This document shows positions 19,135-28,134 of a stretch of DNA of 64,000 nucleotides, in pieces; position 1 is the stretch's first letter, and every line of letters begins with the position of its first letter. Below the pieces are notes generated by a model that made no database searches, had not been told where the DNA came from, and saw only the letters and a list, made by a program, of their open reading frames with translations. The stretch is taken from the NCBI GenBank assembly GCA_003141835.1, contig PLNR01000009.1, positions 136,307 to 200,306 on the forward strand. The letters run 5' to 3'. The position numbers and the translations under genes were made by a program. This DNA comes from Candidatus Omnitrophota bacterium. GTDB taxonomy: Bacteria; Omnitrophota; Gorgyraeia; Pluralincolimonadales; Pluralincolimonadaceae.

Positions 19135-19344
19135 TTAACGACGGGTATGTGATGCGTGGAAGAGTAGGTTAACACTTGGGATAATAACGATGGCCATTAA
19201 AGATGACGCAAAATACAATCCGGCGTCATTAAAACTGGCTGACAACACAGCTCCTAATAAAAATGCGCCTAATACAACCTGCAGCAGTCCTTTTAGTCCA
19301 TGCATACATATTAAACAATATGAATTTTTCTGATAGGAGTTCAT
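19135..19344 (-). CDS. Small hypothetical membrane protein (69 aa, two hydrophobic segments)
   Basis: ATG at 19344, 7 bp after the pilT-like stop with an AAGGA SD; two hydrophobic helices; AT-rich. Confidence 0.45.
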   Translation of the reverse strand: MNSYQKNSYCLICMHGLKGLLQVVLGAFLLGAVLSASFNDAGLYFASSLMAIVIIPSVNLLFHASHTRR

Positions 19345-19351
19345 CAAATCC

Positions 19352-20449
19352 TTACCGCCCTGAAAAGGGCGTGCCGCGTTCGGTGCGTTTGATGCCTTTG
19401 AGGGCGAGCTCGAGGATCGCTTCGGAATCGCAGAACCTCCTGGCGTCCTCCACCGAGATCTTCTTCTCGAGGAAGAATTTGGCCAGGCACTGGTCGAATG
19501 TCTGCATCCCGAAGAGGTTGCCTTCCTCGATATAGTGCAGGAGCTCATTCGTCTTTCCCTCCCTGATGAGGGCTGAGATGGTCGGGGTGAGCAGCATTAT
19601 CTCGCAGGCCGGGATCCTGCCTTTTCCGTCCTTGATAGGTACGAGCCTCTGCGCGATGACTCCTTTGAGGAGTAATGACAGCTGCATCCTTATCTCTTCG
19701 TGCTGGTAAGGCGGATAAAAATTGACTATCCTTTCGACTGTCTGGGTCGCGTTCACCGAATGTATTGTCGATACGACCAGCTGGCCGGTCTCGGCAGCGT
19801 TCATCGCCGCGGTCATCGTCTCCTGGTCGCGGATATTCCCGATAAAGATGACGTCAGGGCTCTGGTACATGACATGCTTTAGCGCGTCGAGATAGGACGG
19901 AGTGTCGATCCCGAGCTCCCTCTGCTCTATCAACGACTTCTTATCGGTAAATGTGAACTCGATGGGATCTTCTATAGTGACGATATGGCTTGGGAGGTTC
20001 TGGTTGATGTATTCGATGATGCTCGCGATCGTGGTCGACTTGCCGCTTCCGGTGGCGCCGGTGACAAGGATCAACCCGCGCTTCTCGACTGAAAGTTTCG
20101 TCAAGACCTTAGAAGGCAGGTTAAGTTCATCGAAAGCCTGGATCTTGCCTTTGATATGACGGAAGACCGCTCCGGGCATCCCGTCCTGATGGAATATGCT
20201 GCCCCTGAACCTGCCGATCCCCTCGACGTTTATCGCGAAATCTATCTCGCGCAAGTCCTCGAAGACCTTCTTCTGGCCCTCATCCAATACCTCATCGATC
20301 ATCTTCATCAGGTCTTTTTCGCCGAGCGGGTCCTTGTCCTGCGGCTTGAGCAGGCCGTCTATCCTGAAATTAACAGAGCTCCCGACCTTGAAGAAGATAT
20401 CGGAAGCCCCGGAATCTACCATCGACCTGAAAATTGTCTTTATATCCAT
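19352..20449 (-). CDS. PilT/PilU family type IV pilus ATPase-like protein (Walker B Glu replaced by Asn)
   Basis: GATGSGKST, TIEDPIE, QRELG, AAETG, GMQTFDQ motifs. Confidence 0.9.
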   Translation of the reverse strand: MDIKTIFRSMVDSGASDIFFKVGSSVNFRIDGLLKPQDKDPLGEKDLMKMIDEVLDEGQKKVFEDLREIDFAINVEGIGRFRGSIFHQDGMPGAVFRHIKGKIQAFDELNLPSKVLTKLSVEKRGLILVTGATGSGKSTTIASIIEYINQNLPSHIVTIEDPIEFTFTDKKSLIEQRELGIDTPSYLDALKHVMYQSPDVIFIGNIRDQETMTAAMNAAETGQLVVSTIHSVNATQTVERIVNFYPPYQHEEIRMQLSLLLKGVIAQRLVPIKDGKGRIPACEIMLLTPTISALIREGKTNELLHYIEEGNLFGMQTFDQCLAKFFLEKKISVEDARRFCDSEAILELALKGIKRTERGTPFSGR

Positions 20450-20470
20450 ATAGGCCCTTTTCGGAAGACC

Positions 20471-20842
20471 TTAAACTGCTTTATCCTTGTTCTGCTCGAC
20501 GTATTCTTTTATCCTGTCGAGGAACGCCTTATCTATATCGACGAATTTTATTCCCAGCCGGTATTTGCCGTCTTTCATAGGGCGGCAATAACATATCTCG
20601 CCTTTTATCCTGGCCGGTTTCCCGGTACTTAATGCCGACGCGTCCATATCGATCATCAGCGCGGCGCCCTTGGGAAGGAATATCGGGGAGACCGCCCCGA
20701 TGCCGACGGCGCTTATATCCGCTATCACGGCCTTCTGGGGCTCGCGAAGGAACCTGGCGATCCCCTTCCCGCCCGTATCAACATCGACCGTGAGAGTCGC
20801 GTTTATGCTTACGCGCGCGCCGGCGCGGCTTTCCATCCCCAT
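20471..20842 (-). CDS. PilZ-domain c-di-GMP-binding protein
   Basis: RAGAR (RxxxR), DISAVG (DxSxxG) and YRLGIKF. Start set at ATG 20842 because the longer ORF overlaps rnpB. Confidence 0.85.
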   Translation of the reverse strand: MGMESRAGARVSINATLTVDVDTGGKGIARFLREPQKAVIADISAVGIGAVSPIFLPKGAALMIDMDASALSTGKPARIKGEICYCRPMKDGKYRLGIKFVDIDKAFLDRIKEYVEQNKDKAV

Positions 20843-20866
20843 CGGCATTTCCCTTTCAAAAAAATC

Positions 20867-21271
20867 GGGCAAGCCTGTAAGCCGAGTTTTGTCCCCTTGC
20901 GTTCTAACGCAAGGATGACGGCCATCCATCTAGACCCGGCGTCGCCGCCGGGCTCAAGCGGCCAACCCGCGCATCCGCCCCTTGCGGGGACCGGGGCGAG
21001 CAGCCCCGAAAGATACGCCTATTTGGCCTTGCTCCGCGTAGAGATTGCCGCGTTTCACTTCTTCCCGGCGTTAAGGCCGTCTGGCCCCCCGCCTGAGATT
21101 GTTCGTCACTGTGGCTCTCCCGAATTGAATTGAATCGCATCGGGATCCCGCTGCTATCGATAGCCCGCGGGATGATCCTACTCTTACGAGTGACGGGTAT
21201 TACCCGCTACGCTGCTCTATGGAGCTCGGACTTTCCTCCCCCGTTTCCGGGAGCGGCCATCCGGCTTGCCC
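20867..21271 (-). ncRNA. rnpB: RNase P RNA (bacterial class A)
   Basis: 5' GAGGAAAGTCCGAGCTCC and 3' ACAAAACTCGGCTTA universal P4 signatures; complementary ends (P1); downstream of the RNase HI and zinc-ribbon genes. Confidence 0.95.
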
Positions 21272-21283
21272 AAATCCGTTATT

Positions 21284-21697
21284 CTAAAAGAGCGATTCCT
21301 GCCCTATCGCCTTATTCGCCAATTTATCCGCCCCTTTATTCTCGGAGCGGTCTATATGCCTAATCTCGTATTTATCAAACCCGCCCAACAGATGCATGAT
21401 CTGCCTGTAAAGCATCTTGAGGGTAGCGTCCTTTATCTTATATTCCTTTTTCAACTGCTTCGCGAGAAGCTCCGAGTCCGTATTAATTATAACCTCGCCG
21501 GCCCTCAAAATCAAGGCCTCCTGGAGGCCGTATATCAGCGCCATGTATTCCGCGACGTTATTCGTCGTCTCGCCGATATATTCCGAGACATTCCCTACAG
21601 TCTCGCCTTTATCGTTAATGATGACCGCGCCCACGCCGGACGGCCCGGGGTTGCCGTGGCAAGCGCCGTCGGTAAATATGGTCAGCCGCTTACGCAT
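21284..21697 (-). CDS. rnhA: Ribonuclease HI family protein
   Basis: FTDGAC.GNPGP, TNNVAEY, DSEL and N..AD.LAN motifs. Confidence 0.9.
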   Translation of the reverse strand: MRKRLTIFTDGACHGNPGPSGVGAVIINDKGETVGNVSEYIGETTNNVAEYMALIYGLQEALILRAGEVIINTDSELLAKQLKKEYKIKDATLKMLYRQIMHLLGGFDKYEIRHIDRSENKGADKLANKAIGQESLF

Positions 21698-22421
21698 CTT
21701 CCTCGTTCTCGATATAAAGGATCCGCGCGCAGCTATCGCAGGTGACTATCTTGTCCTTCATCTTGATCTCGTTTATGACCTGCGGCGGTAGGTTCATAAA
21801 ACAGCCTTGGCACGACTTCCCCTTCACCGGGGAGAGCGCGACACCATCCTTGCCGGCGAGGACCTTCTCGTAATGGGTAAGTATTTTTTTGTCGACCAGC
21901 ACGGTTATTTCATTGCGCTGCGCCTCGAGGGTAGAGATCTCTCCGTCGAGCAACGCCATCTCCGCCTCTATCTTCTTTTTGTCCTCGTTCAAGTGTTTCT
22001 CGGCGTCGGCGAAAAGTTCTTTTTCCTTCGCCATCTCCTTGTTCAGGTCCTCAGCTTCTTGCATCAACACCAGTATCTCATCCTCGATGCGCGAGTTGTC
22101 GGCCTTCTGCCCTTCGATCTCATGCTGCATCGTCTGGTATTCTTTGTTGGTCTTTAACTGGTAGAGCTGGGCCTGGAATTTCTTTATGCTGTCTTCTTTA
22201 GTCGAGAGATCGAGCTCGCGCTGCTTGCGTTTGACCTGGCTGGCCTTGATCTTCTCCTCAAGCGCCTTTACCGCGGCCTGCTCCTCGTTGCGGCGGACCT
22301 CCAAGTCCTGTATCAATTTCGGCTTGGACTGCCTCTCCCGGCGCAGGCCGTAGAGCCTGCTGTCGAGGGCCTGCAATTTGATGAGATGAACGAGCTCTTC
22401 TTCGACGTTTACCTTCTGCAT
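21690..22421 (-). CDS. C4-type zinc-ribbon coiled-coil protein (CT398/FlgZ-like, DUF164)
   Basis: Long coiled coil, KTNKEY, and C-terminal CQGC...CDSCARIL. Confidence 0.9.
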   Translation of the reverse strand: MQKVNVEEELVHLIKLQALDSRLYGLRRERQSKPKLIQDLEVRRNEEQAAVKALEEKIKASQVKRKQRELDLSTKEDSIKKFQAQLYQLKTNKEYQTMQHEIEGQKADNSRIEDEILVLMQEAEDLNKEMAKEKELFADAEKHLNEDKKKIEAEMALLDGEISTLEAQRNEITVLVDKKILTHYEKVLAGKDGVALSPVKGKSCQGCFMNLPPQVINEIKMKDKIVTCDSCARILYIENEEDA

Positions 22422-22451
22422 ACGGCCTTTCTGCGTTCGGTAAAGCGGCTA

Positions 22452-22528
22452 TGGTGGGCGATAAAGGATTCGAACCTTTGACCTCCACAATGTGAATGTG
22501 GCGCTCTAACCAACTGAGCCAATCGCCC
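22452..22528 (-). tRNA. tRNA-Val (anticodon CAC)
   Basis: Cloverleaf GGGCGAT...CCACA-TTCACAT-TGTGG...GGTTCGAATCC...ATCGCCC-ACCA. Confidence 0.95.
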
Positions 22529-22552
22529 GTCTATAGCTCACTGGTGGACAAA

Positions 22553-22629
22553 TGGTGGGCCCAATAGGACTTGAACCTATGACCCGCTGATTATGAGTCA
22601 GCTGCTCTAACCAACTGAGCTATGGGCCC
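22553..22629 (-). tRNA. tRNA-Ile2 (anticodon CAT, lysidine type; Met not fully excluded)
   Basis: GGGCCCATAGCTCAG...GCTGA-CTCATAA-TCAGC...GGTTCAAGTCC...TGGGCCC-ACCA; resembles ileX-type tRNAs and lacks the initiator C1:A72 mismatch and 3GC pairs. Confidence 0.9.
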
Positions 22630-22643
22630 TTAGTTTACTCCCT

Positions 22644-22725
22644 GGCCCAATCCCAGCGAAGCGCGGGATGGGCCCTTGCTAACAGTATTCGATGCCCTAT
22701 CCCAGCGATGCGCGGGATGGGCCCT
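22644..22725. repeat. Two tandem ~32-bp GC-rich hairpins in the tRNA leader
   Basis: GGCCCAATCCCAGCGAAGCGCGGGATGGGCCC and GCCCTATCCCAGCGATGCGCGGGATGGGCCC, 49 bp apart. Confidence 0.75.
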
Positions 22726-22745
22726 CTCATAGAAAGCGAAATAGC

Positions 22746-22774
22746 ATCATACTATTTTAGGGCTGTTTTAGCAA
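22746..22774 (-). promoter_or_regulatory. Sigma70 promoter for the tRNA operon
   Basis: TTGCTA-17 bp-TATGAT. Confidence 0.6.
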
Positions 22775-22802
22775 GCCAAAAATGACGGAAAAACCGCCAA
22801 AT

Positions 22803-24335
22803 TTAGTGGATCACCGGTCCGGGCACATCATGCCTCGGCCGCTTGAGCAGGAAGACGAGCGGGACGACGCATATCATCATAATTGAAGCCACGTGGAAAG
22901 CATCGTTAAAAGAAAACAGGTTCGCCTGCCTCATCAGCTGCTGGAATATGAGGCCGTTTGCCGCGTGTTCGGAGACAGGCCCGGCCTTCGCCCCGAGGAC
23001 GCTCATCGCCTTATTGAGGCCCAGCTGGTAATGCGTGTCGTAAGGATTGAGCTGCTCGGATAAGCGCGCCTGGTGGAACTGCGCCCTCCTGGCCAGGATA
23101 GTGGTCATTATCGCGACGCCGAAACTGCCGGCGATGTTCCTTATCAGGCTGAATATACTGGTGGCGTTGGCCATCTCTTCCTTCTTGATGGTCGCGAAGG
23201 CCATAGTCATCAACGGGACCATTATCATACCCATCCCTACCCCCATGACTATGCGCGACCAGGCGATGATATCATAATCTACGGACAGGTTGAACCGCGT
23301 CATCATGAACATGGAATAAGCCATTATGACGATCCCGCAGATGAGGATCGCCTTCGGATTGATCCGGGTGAGCGACAGCCCTACCAGCGGCATAATTAAT
23401 ACCGTGGCCACACCTCCGGGCGCGAGGACCATTCCGGCCAGAAAAGCGGTATACCCCATAAGCTCCTGCACAAATATCGGCAATATGACGATGCTCCCGA
23501 ATAGCGCAAAGAATGCGATGAGCTGTATCACGTTAGCGCTCGCGAAAGCGACGTTCTCGAGCGCCCTTAGGTTTAATATGGGATCTCGTGTCCTTAGTTC
23601 GACTATTATGAACGCGATGAGGGCGACGGCTGATATTATGGCAAGCCTTATGATGAAGGCCGAGGAGAACCAATCCTCACGCTGTCCTTTATCAAGTACG
23701 ACCTGGAGGCATCCTATACCTACGACTATGAGGCCAAGCCCCCAGTAATCTATCTTTTCCCTTATATTAACTCTCCTGAGGTACGGCGGGTCGACGATGA
23801 AGAACATCGTCATTATGATGGAGATCAGCCCTATCGGGATGTTTATGTAAAATATCCACGGCCATGACCAGTTATCGGTTATCCATCCTCCTAGGAGAGG
23901 CCCTATGATCGGGCCGAAGAGAACGCCTATGCCGTAGACCGCCATCGCTATGCCGTGTTTAGCCGGCGGGAACGTTTCCAGAAGTATCGCCTGCGAAAGC
24001 GGCTGGAGCCCGCCGCCTCCTATCCCCTGGAGTATCCTGTAAAAAATAAGCGCGGAAAGGCTGTGCGCGCTCCCGCACAAAAAAGAGCTGAAGGTAAATA
24101 AACCGACCGATAACATCAGGTAGCGCTTCCTGCCGACGAGCCGGCTCAACCAGCCGGTCATCGGGATTATTATGGCGTTCGCGACCAGGTAGGCGGTGAT
24201 CGTCCACGTCGCCTCATCGATCCCTGCCGAAAGGCTTCCCCTGATATGGTTGAGCGAGACGTTCACTACGGAAGTATCAATGACCTCGAGAAGTGTCGGG
24301 AGGATGACCGTTAAAGCGATGATCCATCTGCTCAT
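22803..24335 (-). CDS. emrB: EmrB/QacA (DHA2) MFS efflux transporter
   Basis: EVIDTSVVNV, WTITAYLVA, RILQGIGGG, GPLLGGWITDN motifs; ATG overlaps the emrA stop. Confidence 0.93.
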   Translation of the reverse strand: MSRWIIALTVILPTLLEVIDTSVVNVSLNHIRGSLSAGIDEATWTITAYLVANAIIIPMTGWLSRLVGRKRYLMLSVGLFTFSSFLCGSAHSLSALIFYRILQGIGGGGLQPLSQAILLETFPPAKHGIAMAVYGIGVLFGPIIGPLLGGWITDNWSWPWIFYINIPIGLISIIMTMFFIVDPPYLRRVNIREKIDYWGLGLIVVGIGCLQVVLDKGQREDWFSSAFIIRLAIISAVALIAFIIVELRTRDPILNLRALENVAFASANVIQLIAFFALFGSIVILPIFVQELMGYTAFLAGMVLAPGGVATVLIMPLVGLSLTRINPKAILICGIVIMAYSMFMMTRFNLSVDYDIIAWSRIVMGVGMGMIMVPLMTMAFATIKKEEMANATSIFSLIRNIAGSFGVAIMTTILARRAQFHQARLSEQLNPYDTHYQLGLNKAMSVLGAKAGPVSEHAANGLIFQQLMRQANLFSFNDAFHVASIMMICVVPLVFLLKRPRHDVPGPVIH

Positions 24336-25321
24336 TTGGTGAGGATGGTCGGTATGCAGGACATTCCGACGCGCAATTGGCGGTTCGCGCCCCAATCTTT
24401 GTCGAAGGTTATCTTCACGGGAACCCTTTGGACCACCTTGACATAATTGCCCAATGCGTTTTCAGCCGGGAAGAGCGAGAACGCCGCGCCTGTCCCTGCC
24501 ATGATGCTGTCGACCTTGCCCTTGAATACTTTACCGGGATAGGTATCTACCAATATCGTGACATCTTGCCCGGCTTTGACTCTTTCAAGCTGCGTCTCTT
24601 TATAGTTCGCGATGAGCCAGATGTCGCCGAGGTCCACGACCGCCATGAGCGGCTGGCCCGCCTGCACCTGGTTACCGGCCTCGACGGACCTTCTTGTCAC
24701 ATACCCGTCCGAACTCGAATATAATTTGGTATAACTCAGGTTAAGCTGGTTTATATCCAAAGTCGCCTGCTTCTGTTTGATGAGCGATCCCTCGAGGTCC
24801 CTGACCGCCTTCGCCTTCGAAAGCTGTTCCTCGGCCGCCACTAACTGCGCCTTGGCGAGCTCGAGCGCGGTCGTGATCTTCTCATGGCGTTCTTTTGTTA
24901 TGACTTCCTTCTGGAAAAGTTTCTCGCCGCGGTCCATGTCCAACTGGGCCTGGTTAAGGGTCACCTGCTGGATGGCGAGGTTCGCCGCCGCGGTCCTTAT
25001 CCCGGCCTCGGCGTCTGCGAGCCGCGACTTCTCGGCCTCGACCGCGGAATTGGCTTCCTTCACCTTGAGTTCGTAATCCGCAGGGTCGAGCTCGATGAGC
25101 AGGTCGCCTTTTTTGACGTCCTGGTTATCGTCGACATGCAGCTTCAGGACAGTCCCCGGGACTTTGAACGCGACCTGGTGGACGCGGCCGTCGATATAAG
25201 CGTCATCGGTCATTACGCGCCCAAAGCTGGTCACCATATGGATGACGCCAAGTATTATCCCTATCGCCGCGACGGCCAGTATCACGAAGATCAATTTGTG
25301 TTTCCTGTTATTGTCCGCCAT
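24332..25321 (-). CDS. emrA: EmrA/HlyD family membrane fusion protein
   Basis: TDDAYI, ANYKETQL, GTGAAFSLFPAENA.GNYVKVVQRVPV motifs. Confidence 0.93.
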   Translation of the reverse strand: MADNNRKHKLIFVILAVAAIGIILGVIHMVTSFGRVMTDDAYIDGRVHQVAFKVPGTVLKLHVDDNQDVKKGDLLIELDPADYELKVKEANSAVEAEKSRLADAEAGIRTAAANLAIQQVTLNQAQLDMDRGEKLFQKEVITKERHEKITTALELAKAQLVAAEEQLSKAKAVRDLEGSLIKQKQATLDINQLNLSYTKLYSSSDGYVTRRSVEAGNQVQAGQPLMAVVDLGDIWLIANYKETQLERVKAGQDVTILVDTYPGKVFKGKVDSIMAGTGAAFSLFPAENALGNYVKVVQRVPVKITFDKDWGANRQLRVGMSCIPTILTK

Positions 25322-26648
25322 TCCGGGTATTCTCCATTTTTTCGTATATCATCGCCATGTCTATGCCCATCGAATACATCAGCCTCGCGTAACTCCTCTT
25401 GAGTTCGTAATCGGCCCTGTAATAGTTCGTCTGGGCGTTCTTCTGCATCGTTATCGAATCGAGCACTTCGGTGGAAGTGGCGCTGCCGCCGGTGTACTTT
25501 TCGCGGTAGAGCCGGACGTTCTCCTCGGCCTGCGCGACCGCCGCTTTGGTGACTTTCACTTTTTCGGAGGCGTCATTAAGGCCGTTGAAGCTGTCCTTGA
25601 CTTCGAGCTTGACGTCATCGACCAGTTTCTTCCTCTCCTCCTCAAGCTGCGCGCGCCTGACTCGCTCCCTGTCGGCCTCGGCCTTGGCAAGCCCGCCGTC
25701 GAAGGCATTGACCTTGACGCCTAGGGTGAATGCCATCGCGTCGTCGTGGACCATATACCTGTTCTGCGTCATGGAATATCCGCCGTCGGCGAAGAGCTCG
25801 GGGTAATTCTTCGCACGCTTGCTCTTCTCGAAGAGCGATGTCGCCCTTATCTGGTCGTCGACCATCTTTATCTCCGGCCTCTGCTCTTCCGCGGTCCTGA
25901 AAGAATAACCCAGCGCCGGTATCTCCGGAGGCGCCATATCGAATTCGCTGACCGCAATGGGTTCCTCCAGCGGTATTACGAGGATATTGCACAATTTTGC
26001 CGCGACATTGTCCCTGAGGTTGCGCATGGTGATGAGCCTCTGCTGCGCGTCTGAGAGCCTTACTTCCGCGGATAGGAGGTCGTTCTTTACCGCGGCGCCC
26101 TCGTCATACATCGTCCGGACGTCCTTCAGATAGGAAGATATGCCGTCGATCTCGCTCTGGTTCACCGCGATCATCTTCTCCGCGTCAAGGAGGTCGAAAT
26201 ATGTGATGATGAACTCGAGCACGGCGATGTTCTTTATCCTGCCTATATCCGTCACACTGGAATCCAGCAGGGCCTTTGAGGCCTTATAATTATAATAATT
26301 CTTCCCGAAATCGAAGATGGTCTGGTATACGTCAGCGCCGAGCGAGAAGAAATTCCTTTGGGACGTGTTCACCGCCATCGCCCCGAATTTCGCGGTCGGC
26401 TGGTGGCTCAGGAACGTCTCGCTAAACGACGCGTTGACCTGGGGCAAGAGCGGCGAACGGGCCATCGAGACCTCCTGCGCCGAGATCTCCTTGTTCGATT
26501 CCGAGATCTTCACGAGGTGGCTCTCCTCAAGGACCTTCTTTATCCCGTCGCGGATAGTTATCAGCCGCGGCGCGCCTGTCACATCGGCAACGGCTATGGG
26601 AAGGGCCAATAAAAATATAACATATATTGCGAAAATTCTCTTCATCAT
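25308..26648 (-). CDS. TolC family outer-membrane efflux protein
   Basis: Signal peptide and two OEP repeats (LLPQV...QTIFDFG; YPEL...AFDGG; AEEN...Y..G). Confidence 0.88.
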   Translation of the reverse strand: MMKRIFAIYVIFLLALPIAVADVTGAPRLITIRDGIKKVLEESHLVKISESNKEISAQEVSMARSPLLPQVNASFSETFLSHQPTAKFGAMAVNTSQRNFFSLGADVYQTIFDFGKNYYNYKASKALLDSSVTDIGRIKNIAVLEFIITYFDLLDAEKMIAVNQSEIDGISSYLKDVRTMYDEGAAVKNDLLSAEVRLSDAQQRLITMRNLRDNVAAKLCNILVIPLEEPIAVSEFDMAPPEIPALGYSFRTAEEQRPEIKMVDDQIRATSLFEKSKRAKNYPELFADGGYSMTQNRYMVHDDAMAFTLGVKVNAFDGGLAKAEADRERVRRAQLEEERKKLVDDVKLEVKDSFNGLNDASEKVKVTKAAVAQAEENVRLYREKYTGGSATSTEVLDSITMQKNAQTNYYRADYELKRSYARLMYSMGIDMAMIYEKMENTRNGGQ

Positions 26649-26655
26649 TACGTAT

Positions 26656-26685
26656 ATTATTCCACATTTGGTGCCTGTTTGTCAA
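26656..26685 (-). promoter_or_regulatory. Putative promoter of tolC-emrAB, likely leaderless
   Basis: TTGACA-18 bp-AATAAT with extended TG; ATG 7 nt downstream and no SD. Confidence 0.5.
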
Positions 26686-28106
26686 AAAGGAATGACCCTT
26701 ATCGCCCTCACCGGGCGGACCGGGCATTTGTTCTGGCATGTCCCGCAGCCGACGCAGAGGTCCCCGTCCACAAGCGGCCTTAATACTTCCCTGCCGTCAA
26801 CGATATCTTTTTTTAATTTTATCGCCTTATCCGCAACCGGGCAATGCTCCTCGCAGACAACGCATTGTCCGTTCCCGGCCCAGGCTATGCATATCGAACG
26901 GTCGACCGCAGCGAGGCCGAGCCGCGTGTCGTGTTTCACCTCAGGCGAGACGTTGCGTATGGCGCCGGTCGGACAGGTCCTGCCGCAAAGAGTGCAGTTA
27001 TATTCGCAATATCCTATCTCGGGGATGAGCTGCGGCGTCCATACTCCCTCTATTCCCGATTGGAAAGAGACCGGCTGGAGCCCGTTCGTCGGGCAGACCT
27101 TCATGCAGTTGCCGCACCTGACGCACCGGTCTATGAATTCGCTCTCTTCCAGCGCCGCCGGCGGTCTTATGACGCTCCTTCGCCTGTGGGAACGCAGCGG
27201 GTCGAACCTAAAACCCAAAGAAAAAACGGCCAATGACGACATTAACAGGAAATCCCGCCTTGTTATTCCCTCTTTATGCCCGGGGACGGCTGCTGCGCGG
27301 GCCTTATTTCCGGCCGGCCATTCGAACCTGGTGATATTTACGGGGCAATCGTAGACGCAATCCATGCAAAGGACGCACTCGCCCTTCGAATAGCTGGAAT
27401 CGTCCCTTATGGCGCCCATCCGGCAGGCGCTTTTGCATTTTTTGCAGTTTTTGCATTCTTTGGCCGTCCGCCCTAAGAGCGCGGCCTTCGCAGTCAGGGC
27501 ATATATGGCCCCCAACGGGCAGAGCGACCTGCACCAAAGGCGCGGGATAAAAAGCGCCAGCCCGCATACTACGGCGAAATATATAAAAACGGGAAGAGCG
27601 TGCGGAAAGAAATGCGGGTTCACGCCCAGTGTGGCGATAGGGATTAGGTTAAACGAGACGAACCTCGCGAATATGGCCAGCGGGTCTAATACCCATGCCA
27701 GTTGAAGGCCTACCGCAGCGGATACCGTTATTACGGCAAGGATGAAGAATTTTGGTTTTCGGACTTTCGCATTGACCGCATCCTTCTCTTCCTTTTTCAT
27801 ATAGCCTTTTCTGCGCAGCCAACCAGATAGGTCTATCGCCGATCCGAGCGGGCATACCCATCCGCAGAAGAACCTTCCGAATATGAGGGTGAGCGCGAGC
27901 ATCGTGGTGGCAATTATCATTCCCGGAAGCAAAACTTTCTCGCTTAATGAAGTAAATATCATGATGAGGGGGTCTATCTTGAAGAGCACTTGCGGCGAGA
28001 TGCCACCATTAAGCGGATATGTCGTGGACCAAAGTACGTAGATAAAAAGGAAGAAAAAAACTGTCTGAGAGATCCTGCGTAAAACTGCCCATTTCTTTTT
28101 TGCCAT
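26682..28106 (-). CDS. Membrane-bound polyferredoxin (NapH/MauN-like fused to NapG/MauM-like domain)
   Basis: GRFFCGWVCPLG, RLWCRSLCPLG, several CxxCxxCxxxCP motifs, internal TRRDFL and RPP. Confidence 0.88.
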   Translation of the reverse strand: MAKKKWAVLRRISQTVFFFLFIYVLWSTTYPLNGGISPQVLFKIDPLIMIFTSLSEKVLLPGMIIATTMLALTLIFGRFFCGWVCPLGSAIDLSGWLRRKGYMKKEEKDAVNAKVRKPKFFILAVITVSAAVGLQLAWVLDPLAIFARFVSFNLIPIATLGVNPHFFPHALPVFIYFAVVCGLALFIPRLWCRSLCPLGAIYALTAKAALLGRTAKECKNCKKCKSACRMGAIRDDSSYSKGECVLCMDCVYDCPVNITRFEWPAGNKARAAAVPGHKEGITRRDFLLMSSLAVFSLGFRFDPLRSHRRRSVIRPPAALEESEFIDRCVRCGNCMKVCPTNGLQPVSFQSGIEGVWTPQLIPEIGYCEYNCTLCGRTCPTGAIRNVSPEVKHDTRLGLAAVDRSICIAWAGNGQCVVCEEHCPVADKAIKLKKDIVDGREVLRPLVDGDLCVGCGTCQNKCPVRPVRAIRVIPF

Positions 28107-28134
28107 ATGCTGCTTGACCCTGTTCCTGTTTAGG

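Noticed and set aside
18917-19138. 73-aa plus-strand ORF
   Set aside because: Lies within the palindromic repeat region, has no SD and has low-information composition.
20843-21363. ORFs at 20897-21133, 20904-21140, 21130-21363 and the N-terminal extension of the PilZ ORF
   Set aside because: They overlap the RNase P RNA gene.
22622-22725. Possible CRISPR mini-array
   Set aside because: Only two full repeats, about 17-nt spacing sequence, and no cas genes in the window.
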